Source: Methanobacteriota archaeon
GTDB lineage: Archaea; Thermoplasmatota; Poseidoniia; Poseidoniales; Thalassarchaeaceae
Assembly (NCBI GenBank): GCA_002722735.1
Contig: PBMR01000015.1
Location: forward strand, 33,673 to 97,672
Direction: 5' to 3'
Length of the DNA: 64,000 bases
The position numbers and the translations under genes are program-made. The stretch's first letter is position 1; each line of letters opens with the position of its first letter. Positions 11,301-19,352 of this stretch are shown piece by piece. Below the pieces are notes generated by a model that saw only the letters and a program-made list of their open reading frames with translations, was not told where the DNA came from and did not search any database.

Positions 11301-11805
11301 CGATTGCCTGCCTCTCGATATCTACCAACTGGGATGTCACAGCATCGTCGATAATCCCCAATCCTGCAGCGTAAGACGTGGCGAGGTGCAGTCCCACAAT
11401 CGCGGATAGGAAGATGCTTGACTCCTCAAACTGCTTGGACTCAACCAAGAATCCAGTCACCGAACCTACTAGGAAGAATGTGGCGATGAACAAGTTGTCG
11501 AATGTAGAAGGGTCGAGAAAGTTCGCCGCGAATGAGATTGCCAACAGTCCGAATGACAGGGCCGAAACGCGGAGTCCTGAGCTGGAGCTGAGTCGCAGCC
11601 AAGGGGACATCCTTCCGATGCATGCTGAGGCTAGGGCTGCAAAGGGGAGGGTCAGGGAACTGGAAAGGTAGTCATTGTCAATTGTCCGTCCCTCGATTTG
11701 CGAGAGTGCTAGGAAGAGGATGGTCAGCATCGCGGTGATGGCGATTGGCGATGTGAGCTGGGGGGGTCGAGGGCTGTCTTGGGATGCTTCGTTATCGGTT
11801 TCCAT
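2323..11805 (-). CDS. aglB: Giant (about 3160 aa) archaeal oligosaccharyltransferase AglB/STT3 fused to an extra N-terminal polytopic membrane domain and a ~1700-aa C-terminal beta-sandwich repeat region with C-terminal TM anchor
   Basis: Uninterrupted 9.5-kb ORF. STT3 hallmarks are in order: TM1 followed by SDPWYMKRVVDYV...FDHDRAYP (EL1 DPxY/DxD region), a TIGE motif (TIxE-like, EL5), and AFVSWWDYGFQALASGQHPTVADNFQ (the WWDYG catalytic motif plus DNFQ). About 13 TM helices precede the WWDYG domain, and about 8 additional TM helices lie N-terminal to the STT3 core. The C-terminal 1700 aa is T/S/D/G-rich with repeated carboxypeptidase-regulatory-like segments (DEDGNFS..., GEYSFTVPSGKIRV) and many N-x-S/T sequons. 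It ends in a TM helix plus RRTGRRPGAPF. Confidence 0.7.
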   Translation of the reverse strand: METDNEASQDSPRPPQLTSPIAITAMLTILFLALSQIEGRTIDNDYLSSSLTLPFAALASACIGRMSPWLRLSSSSGLRVSALSFGLLAISFAANFLDPSTFDNLFIATFFLVGSVTGFLVESKQFEESSIFLSAIVGLHLATSYAAGLGIIDDAVTSQLVDIERQAIGSAFFAFWFASVALGITVMIALRGTLEEVGSGSMMSVLPTPARSLETPSYAALIFVAHLIPLVWMGQIEDLGAFSESSHLGVVWAMFTTFALLLHSFFRAEGWHVLGALLAINWVLYTLGHLHEIGNEFPSPLDEGGMIGSFSWFFLGFWLNLFGIMAASRGVFGDTSPQREPSGFRIWWKTNSYGIMVSLALVTALVVRAAWNVIPAMNASGTGLWDMTGGSDPWYMKRVVDYVIAERSHLIFDHDRAYPLGGVNPRPPLFSWSLALGGLGLSWLLEIPAEEAVWWSVSALPAIYGALIVIPIAGIATKVHSRTAGILSAWLIALMPGHISRSTFAMADHDSFAMLFLATAIYFWIRALSGLEHKRIFESTSRNPLYLLAGMRESWKQNPKVMANATMSGIAFTLMALGWKGFVYGPGILFLAYSVQVAFNIFRGRDSLQFTAAALQMMMTAILLPLPFYGWPGLNLVFAPSGMQPMFYIIGFTFALGWVASSFRDKPWLLVIITGTTLFGSILAALYLLQTFEIYSGWDILFTGGFYFSKNKIFGTIGEAQAPSRGVLFASYGPVVALIAIGCGFVLLWRGSRRNKSEMTLLGLWVIIATYMAWTAGRFIINATPAMAVVGGIGIAMLWGSANSSEFVKEWRRSGIGTPRARFRSLWPATKARPGIPAILIVLLLVTSQHSTYGIDSGIPRGEESAYDVDLAIYDIAPDILREDFFNIFSVMNGKEYNPDASGLWYMGTFGPSFNSQGWNHAYDWLSEQDSDQGFSERPAFVSWWDYGFQALASGQHPTVADNFQSGIPNSGGMLLSAGQEDTLSMFIATLAQGDKKSNSGQLGDDFIASLSEHMTLGQVGEFESILSNSNRDFVLNRSMGVVAVYDDVELLYGERLGSDGLPQLEKVWMVVEDGVQVSEPTSSQSEAMTLFNVTRASSATVEIGEPVHYDIGGYRYTKDLIEEYYDISTALNRNNARLGMMRAFLITAFDMGTLVDIYHGITSIEYEVSDYDSPLGSTVTRNNEIRYFAVDNRLFPLGGSYYEDQSYHRGQTTGIFHAPTHLSGLDLRTYISTMYQTQRGDDPTGADEMTQAQYEEAYQRDLIDQASGVSSDPSEVIRMTDIDYQHQPEFFETMVARVYVGYGSSTLGLPGDAETPAVWLNPQQTNIKGAPGSPLEYAFALPGAMMNHFVISNWYDDSECELNETGAKISQLCGTIYDSNRVVKVLKYYSGATVEGTVELEGIGPVPNARILIERDAFSGEEEPDENGSVIDGDERTFWIPIGHTQANENGEYSFTVPSGKIRVSAFSGEPDLEAARLSITPSTASNLGDSMYELFTEHNQQRNINPITGILGNVSGSTWLSETIVNVSGSDGHSNGQSRIQAPISVQPSSASGVLVWSGGLDFDGDPVVGSHVVLTPSSDEVAIEPYSTLTSNGTVEGESLEFNGIGQVILTGEGTVVSQGVVTVTDFTGTHTQTIFNNHSITGEGQFTGKGTLSGNLENIEVIACPDDEIPDGAVSCLLENGDYLVNGTVDASGRFTADETSQFSRILDQSTFVGSGEFEADTTQSLPAYGTINGTGLFSGTGIFSGPMVQPGSFHFADSLPGEYDVSIEFDDGTAVGLASSFLIGLNAFQTPVHLSISGGAIKGSLVDQSGEPLFSQISIFPSNDTAENATAECSSQTVAPPCMVIPDDDGSFQIGPIIPGNYLVEVDIDDDGFPEVSEAYQFLPEEDAVATFPSPIPEMSDLYFTLLDGDSPLSDLEVSLRSENGSIAPVMAIYDSDIESYRAELSQGTWILNHTLGEDKQLWQIIEIGQEDVSDSFSFQVSQTVNGTVRFSQDVKQENEIPAQVVGLAEVVFQWGGFTLTTTSDEDGNFSVILPVDAVVYATVEVLMGMDGFLSNGTRFTVEQGMDVVSLSVVSSAMATGTVSLNRLGNHYGDSIKGWESVHVVATNTDGVTNGIWREEVDSNGYFEMILPLGDWTFVLDAGEMGSSTEAREINSSSVWDLELLVYPEGNSTVIIDFFIDHERDNNASNGTAVTYPFSVYSLEANGAGYEVTVDGDEWVSTGRAEVSLEPGRYRIVVERANASADEPFDTLYDLNDVFQVGMDSSTVERSVGFEPLWLVNISFSNESGSLLTNHEVMFVDSDNGWIQTFLTDEEGRVVEYLLEGDWIVIVKEFETSSDVFEGLRRLISVSQVSAGSRLFFQTSELAEVSIVLFEDYSGTSLNQMELKFTSQEGLGSFTEDTSGFLETIKIRPTPGMWNVELNQSDNQGARWVIDNSSLIESGVSVGVEHIVNLTVRRLVEMSGKVYWDLDDDELPGFGEGLANVSVNISSIDNTSHSLTTDDGGNWAIYLPAGSSWNISVEKPGFANESVFVTLGAIGQIENIEITAGSVEVSGTISYISNEWIFDDDWDIVLIPTHGISRERVVPEKVGNEVDGWTGEWVASVEPGRWIVYATVDSPEEGLYLVAVDLLDADTDGGSVDSDLSIGGKLFLDTEWLDYEGESHSLLEIDDYDLVISVGMGVEWSEELDGDGILEMLLPTGRIDASSDFEIEQRSRNMSYSGGQGVTMRAGQDSPLKTLSLERASNQDIEISAIGESAVTLELDPDCEAEPDCEYLPVEFILHINYSGHNPYDTYDVAGTVLGTDGGLWLVQFENASGGWNSTASFEMGLDNTETIDNFVVRVSPANKSQAHHFQLGHTILIKLSTAEGYSIDHSLSVVVPKLSGFDVTEDYVDTVYFSSGEKLLNVEIPYQNLGNSDDLLTFDYQSTEHWNVGMPTMQPISPFSEGITTMSLSYAVEGEEGPLPEYTIEFTVRDSDNNSYDYHITLLRDSPAISIRGNTIQLQGGGNPIAGQKPVYVVEVVNEAHVSAEDVTLRARLCNDIRCESTAGVNSTVVSDVPEQGSSLFYVPMDFSNFTTNKYFIIFEIVPPGFNEGDDLESCSEQVDEVLVCVMEAQLWPEAEEEVLGWITYLLLLMLALALWSLTRRTGRRPGAPF

Positions 11806-11916
11806 CACACCCACCAGACCACGTAGCCAAAGGCTCAGCAGCGCGGCGACCTGAACGCTTGTTTTAACCGTTCGTAGAACGGTTGCGGCAATGAGGGGGC
11901 AGAATGGGTTCGCCCA

Positions 11917-13191
11917 TCATCTCGAAAGGGCACGGAATCCGATATCCGAGCGGTAGTGTGAGCCTTCGAGTTCGATGCTGCCGATGATCTGGTAGGATGA
12001 TTCGACTGCCTCCCCAAGAGTGGGGGCGATGCCAGTCGCGGAGAGGACCCTTCCACCGCTGGAATGGAGGTTGCCGTCTTCTCCGATAACTGCACCGGCG
12101 AGATGGGTGAACGCCCTAACCTGTCCCTCCTCGATGCATGCATCCCACCCAGATACCGGTCGGTCAGTGGCAGGGGTTCCGGGATAGCCCTCGGACGCGA
12201 GGACGACGGTGGCGGCATTGAGGTCGTGGAATTCAACCTCTGCACGAGCCAGAGATCCCTCTGCAGCAGCGAGTAGGGTCAGACCGAGATCGGAGGCGAT
12301 GAGCGGGATTGTGACCTGGGCCTCTGGATCCCCCAGCCTGACATTGAACTCCACCACACTGGGGGACCCATCGCGATCGATCATGAGCCCGACGTAGAGG
12401 CATCCCCGATATGGCGTGTCACCATTCCCAAGATGATGGTGCATTGGCTCGACGATCTCCTCAGTGACCCTTCTCATCACGGCCGGTGTCGCAACGGGCG
12501 CGGGAGCATAGGCACCCATTCCACCAGTATTCGGCCCCCTGTCACCATCATCCACGCGTTTGTGGTCCTGGCTGGCTGGGAGGAGGACGTAGCCTGACTC
12601 GTCCATCACGACAAGGACAGATGCCTCTTCCCCAGAGAGATGCTGTTCCAATAGGGCGAAGCCATCGGACTCCACTGCCTCACACAAAGCCTCCTCGGCA
12701 TCCTCTCTCTTGGACGTCACAGTCACCCCCTTGCCTCCGGCTAGAACGTCTCGCTTCACCACCCATGGAGGCTTGAACGAATCTAGCGAGGATTGGACAT
12801 CACCCTCGTCGTAGACCACGATGAAATCGCCGGTTGGTATGCCCAAGGACTTCATGACCCTCTTGGCGTGGAGCTTCGACCCCTCCAACTTGGCACCCTC
12901 AGAGTGGGGGCCGAAGCATGGGATTTCCTTGGCCCTGAGTCGATCCGCGAGTCCTTCGACGAGAGGGGACTCGGGCCCTACAACGACCAGGGCTACGTCG
13001 AGATCGACCGCGAGGCTCACCAGTCCATCGATGTCAGTGGAACTAATCCCGTGATTCAATCCGACCATGGACGTGCCGGCATTTCCTGGAGAAGCGTGAA
13101 CGGTGGACACGGACTCGCTTTGGGAGAGACCGATGGCCAGCGCGTGCTCACGCCCACCGCCGCCGACGATCAGTACGTCCATGCCAGCCAT
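11917..13191 (-). CDS. purD: Phosphoribosylamine--glycine ligase (GAR synthetase)
   Basis: MAGMDVLIVGGGGREHALA N-terminus and ATP-grasp motifs throughout; about 425 aa from the internal ATG. The track start lies further upstream. Confidence 0.85.
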   Translation of the reverse strand: MAGMDVLIVGGGGREHALAIGLSQSESVSTVHASPGNAGTSMVGLNHGISSTDIDGLVSLAVDLDVALVVVGPESPLVEGLADRLRAKEIPCFGPHSEGAKLEGSKLHAKRVMKSLGIPTGDFIVVYDEGDVQSSLDSFKPPWVVKRDVLAGGKGVTVTSKREDAEEALCEAVESDGFALLEQHLSGEEASVLVVMDESGYVLLPASQDHKRVDDGDRGPNTGGMGAYAPAPVATPAVMRRVTEEIVEPMHHHLGNGDTPYRGCLYVGLMIDRDGSPSVVEFNVRLGDPEAQVTIPLIASDLGLTLLAAAEGSLARAEVEFHDLNAATVVLASEGYPGTPATDRPVSGWDACIEEGQVRAFTHLAGAVIGEDGNLHSSGGRVLSATGIAPTLGEAVESSYQIIGSIELEGSHYRSDIGFRALSR

Positions 13192-13246
13192 GCAGTTGCG
13201 CTTGTGCTTGACACGATAGATTATCCCCTGGTCCGATATCATTTGC

Positions 13247-13900
13247 TCAGTACGGGACGGACTTCAGGCCGAGGCGGTATCCGAGGAGGTTGAATGACCT
13301 GTGGATGATCGGAGTGATTAGCAGCAGTATTGCCATTCCCATCATCAGATCCGAACTGCCAACAATAGACGGGTCCAGCAGTAACTGACCAAACAGGAAG
13401 GCGGAAACCGCGAATGGGAGGGTGTCGAGCAATGGTGCCTCAGAACTCTCATCGCCTTCCCTCTTGTGTCCGAGGCGACGCTTGACGAAGGAGCCTGCAG
13501 AGTCACCGGCCATGCAACCAAAACCCAATACGCATCCAAGCACGAAGACGGCCCCCCACTCCCCGCCAATCCAGAACCAGGCATCTGAAGAAACACCTGT
13601 CAATGGATCGATGAAAGGGGCATCTGAGTCCTCACTGCCCGGAGAAAGAGCGTGAGTTAGCATGCCGAGCAGCCCACCACCGAGGGTTCCTCCGGCTAGG
13701 CCGTTCCATGTCTTCCCATCTCCCAGAAGCCTGTTTCCATCACTGAGCACCCGACCCCCGTCAATGGGATTTGCGGCAATACCGGTCATTTCCGGAATCC
13801 ACTTGCCGCCAAGCATCGCAGTGGTATTTGAGAGGTATCCGGGAAGATAGAGCCACAGTACTAGCAAGGGTGCGATGAGGGGGCTGTACTCAGATGCCAT
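13247..13900 (-). CDS. CdsA-superfamily CTP-transferase membrane protein (CDP-archaeol synthase CarS-like or dolichol kinase-like)
   Basis: Polytopic membrane protein with a C-terminal GDSAGSFVKRRLG motif characteristic of the CdsA/CarS/dolichol-kinase CTP-transferase fold. Start moved to the internal ATG (MASEYSPLIAPLL). Confidence 0.5.
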   Translation of the reverse strand: MASEYSPLIAPLLVLWLYLPGYLSNTTAMLGGKWIPEMTGIAANPIDGGRVLSDGNRLLGDGKTWNGLAGGTLGGGLLGMLTHALSPGSEDSDAPFIDPLTGVSSDAWFWIGGEWGAVFVLGCVLGFGCMAGDSAGSFVKRRLGHKREGDESSEAPLLDTLPFAVSAFLFGQLLLDPSIVGSSDLMMGMAILLLITPIIHRSFNLLGYRLGLKSVPY

Positions 13901-14013
13901 CGGGTTGAGCACACCGCTTGGGCGGTTGAACTTTCGCACATCACGAATTGAGGGATATTGCATTGTTTCGCAGACATGCCGCCGTGATGTTCATTTCCCC
14001 CTCGGCCAGCCGA

Positions 14014-15756
14014 ATGACAATGAACGGCAGAAGAACCTTGGTGGTTTGCATGGTACTAATATCGGCTGGGATGGTTCTGCCACCGGGAGCATTGGCCGAG
14101 AGCGGGGAGGACATCATTATCGAATCTGACATGACTTGGGAACAGGACATGACCCTGTCACAGAATGTCAGGGTCATCAACGGTGGATCCCTGACATTCT
14201 CGAACGTCCAAGTAACACTAGAGAATGGAGTGGACATCTTCGTTGACCCAACGTCTTCGATAACGATTGATAACTCAGGATTGGTGGCTGCAGAGCCACC
14301 TAGTGGACTAGTTGGCTATGGCTACTGTGATGAGGGCAATCGTTCAGGCATCAAGGTAGAATGGCCGGACCCCGGACGGCGAATGGAAATTGTACTAACT
14401 ACGATTGAACCATCAAGCCTAGATGGGGTCACAGCATACTTTGGGGATGATTCTGAGTCCCTGAGTGGTGCAAATGACTCTATCGTTTTTGATTTGGGGA
14501 CGGAGGGCGAAATTTGGGTCGATTTGGTTGGGCCACTTTGCTACCCACCTTCTCTGAGTGATGTGAGGGTAAAAAGAGCGAATTCGGAGATTTCAGATTG
14601 TCAAGGTTGTCAATCGGGAAGCGCTGCCGACTTCGGACACAGAAACATGATGGTCCACGGCGATCCCGGGTTCACCATGACTATAGAAGGAGAAATGTGG
14701 TCTAATGGCTCAAGACTGGTTGGCGGGCAGATTGCCAATGCAGGTCGACTTTCGATCAACGATACTTCATTGGACAGGGTCGGCCCAGTCATTCTGACTA
14801 GCGACGATGCGGCGATAACCCTTTCAGGGACCACTCACTTCACCAATAGCACTGACGACCATGATGTCAGAACAAGGGCTTACAGCTCAATTGAATGGGG
14901 CGACAATGTGAGCGGATCCGGTGGTTTGACTGACAAGTGGGAGAGGCGGCTTGCAGGACAGCGTCTCAGTTTCGAAGCCATCTATGTCGCCTACGAAATC
15001 ACGGGCATGCACAACACCCCATCATACAGTAACTTCAGCAACTTGGACGGGGTTTCCTTCGTCAAGGGAGGAGGCGAGAGGGTCGTCGAGATCGCATGGT
15101 CCGATGACAACACATGGGAGGATGGGGCCATTTGGACCGAACAGGCGGTTGTGACCATCACTGACTACAGAACAGCGTGGAATCCCGATGGATCAGGGAT
15201 TGGGGACTACGGAGGAGGTCAATTCCCTCTTGGATGGCAGTCAGATGTCGTAGTCGACCAAGAAACGCCGAACGTAGGGTGGGTGTCCATCACCACAGTG
15301 GGAGATGACGGAAATTCGACCGATACGGCAGTATTGGGGGACTCTGTCGCAGTCGAGGCGGTGATTGCAAACTCTGGCACCGCAGCAGCCATCCTTGCCA
15401 TAGATTGCAATGTCACCAGTACTGGAATCGCTGCGGAGATGTCCCCAACCTGGCCCAATGCGATGATTGGGGCTGGGGGCGAAGAGATCATCCACTTCAC
15501 TTGGAGGAATTCCGTTATCGGCGAGGACAGTCTGACTTGCCGTGCCCTGACCCCTACGCAACTGGTTGACGATCTGGCCTATGGCGGCGGCGAGATGTCT
15601 AGCGGTGCCATCACTTGGGGAGAAGCCGAGGAAGAGGAGAATCTGCCTCACACCCTACCAATCATGCTGGCACTGGTCGTTGGAATCGCGATTGCGGGAT
15701 ACGTGGCCGTCAATAGGATGAACGAGGTCGATGAAGAAGGCCGTTCGCAGGAGTAA
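14014..15756 (+). CDS. Secreted/surface protein with signal peptide and C-terminal TM anchor (hypothetical)
   Basis: MTMNGRRTLVVCMVLISAGMVLPPGALA is signal-peptide-like. The protein is rich in N-x-S/T sequons. The C-terminus has a TM helix (LPIMLALVVGIAIAGYVAV) followed by a short acidic tail. The track start at 13948 is TTG. Confidence 0.5.
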   Translation: MTMNGRRTLVVCMVLISAGMVLPPGALAESGEDIIIESDMTWEQDMTLSQNVRVINGGSLTFSNVQVTLENGVDIFVDPTSSITIDNSGLVAAEPPSGLVGYGYCDEGNRSGIKVEWPDPGRRMEIVLTTIEPSSLDGVTAYFGDDSESLSGANDSIVFDLGTEGEIWVDLVGPLCYPPSLSDVRVKRANSEISDCQGCQSGSAADFGHRNMMVHGDPGFTMTIEGEMWSNGSRLVGGQIANAGRLSINDTSLDRVGPVILTSDDAAITLSGTTHFTNSTDDHDVRTRAYSSIEWGDNVSGSGGLTDKWERRLAGQRLSFEAIYVAYEITGMHNTPSYSNFSNLDGVSFVKGGGERVVEIAWSDDNTWEDGAIWTEQAVVTITDYRTAWNPDGSGIGDYGGGQFPLGWQSDVVVDQETPNVGWVSITTVGDDGNSTDTAVLGDSVAVEAVIANSGTAAAILAIDCNVTSTGIAAEMSPTWPNAMIGAGGEEIIHFTWRNSVIGEDSLTCRALTPTQLVDDLAYGGGEMSSGAITWGEAEEEENLPHTLPIMLALVVGIAIAGYVAVNRMNEVDEEGRSQE

Positions 15757-18559
<2,803 letters not shown>

Positions 18560-18742
18560 CCGAGCACCACGGCCCTTGCAGGGACCCATGTGCCTTGAAT
18601 CGCTCTGTGAGGGATGATATCTGGAGGTTCTAGGTAGGTGCACGTTCTATCGTATTGCAATTGCATTTCAAATGCAATACAATTAAGTGTCTCTGCCCAA
18701 CTCGAGGCTCAGGAGGAGTTCGAAGTGGCCGGCGTCAGTCCC

Positions 18743-19096
18743 ATGGTCTCGCTAAGGATTCCAGAGGATCACCTGATGGAACTGGACAGGCTCGTGGGAT
18801 TCGACGGGATGAGGAATAGATCGGATGTCATCAGGGAGGCTGTTCGCAGGCTTCTGGCATCTCCGCTGCCCGGACAGGGGGGCAGGGTCGAGGTCGATCT
18901 TGGTCCTGATTTGACCATCAGACTCAGCGACTACTGCAATCTCGTTGGTGAGTCAGCAGATGTCGTGCTCCGGCAGTCCGCTCGTGAGTACATTCGCAAG
19001 GAGTTGACCCAAGGGGCAACGGTAGAGGAACTCCTCACGAGACGCAAGGATGAGTTGCGTTCTCGATTTGATGACGATTCGAATGCTCTGAGGTGA
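18743..19096 (+). CDS. Ribbon-helix-helix (CopG/NikR-like) DNA-binding protein
   Basis: MVSLRIPEDHLMELDRLVGFDGMRNRSDVIREAVRRLL is a classic RHH beta-strand/helix pattern. It is divergent from the HD hydrolase gene. Confidence 0.55.
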   Translation: MVSLRIPEDHLMELDRLVGFDGMRNRSDVIREAVRRLLASPLPGQGGRVEVDLGPDLTIRLSDYCNLVGESADVVLRQSAREYIRKELTQGATVEELLTRRKDELRSRFDDDSNALR

Positions 19097-19132
19097 GAGA
19101 TTGAGCGAGGATGGGATGCACACAAACAACAC

Positions 19133-19157
19133 GGGGGGGCGGCAAAACCGCCCCCCC
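19133..19157 (+). terminator. Perfect 10-bp GC hairpin (GGGGGGGCGG-caaaa-CCGCCCCCCC) about 37 nt downstream of the RHH gene stop
   Basis: Seen directly in the sequence. A T5 run follows about 27 nt downstream. Function as a terminator versus part of a structured RNA is uncertain. Confidence 0.3.
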
Positions 19158-19210
19158 AACCACAAATCAATCCAATGCAGAGGTTTTTCCAATGGGCTTA
19201 GGAACATCAG

Positions 19211-19226
19211 GAGCCGTGCACGGCTC
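19211..19226. promoter_or_regulatory. Perfect 16-nt palindrome GAGCCGTGCACGGCTC in the intergenic region about 130 nt upstream of the 19353 gene
   Basis: Seen directly; a candidate operator for a dimeric regulator such as the adjacent RHH protein. Confidence 0.25.
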
Positions 19227-19352
19227 TCTAATGCAGCTGGATATGGCGCAAGTCAAGCACCGAGGGTGCTACGAAAACAAGAGCGAAACTGAGCGCACTC
19301 AACACACACCGTCCCGCACGAGAGTGCGGGGCACACCCTCCGGTCCTCTGAA

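Noticed and set aside
2294-11814. Dozens of 60-170-aa ORFs on both strands inside the two giant genes and other long CDSs, for example 3013..3504, 7223..7639 and 26223..26720
   Set aside because: They are alternative-frame or antisense ORFs of the kind expected in high-GC coding DNA. They overlap long ORFs with clear domain content and have Pro/Arg/Ser/Gly-biased, low-complexity translations.
11835-12245. 136-aa ORF overlapping the 3-prime part of purD in another frame
   Set aside because: It lies fully inside purD, whose GAR-synthetase motifs are unambiguous. It has no independent signal.
19097-19352. SRP RNA or RNase P RNA in the structured intergenic region
   Set aside because: I could not find the conserved SRP domain IV or RNase P P4 sequence motifs by eye. 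The region is kept as a finding, a candidate unknown structured RNA or operator cluster, but I make no specific family call.
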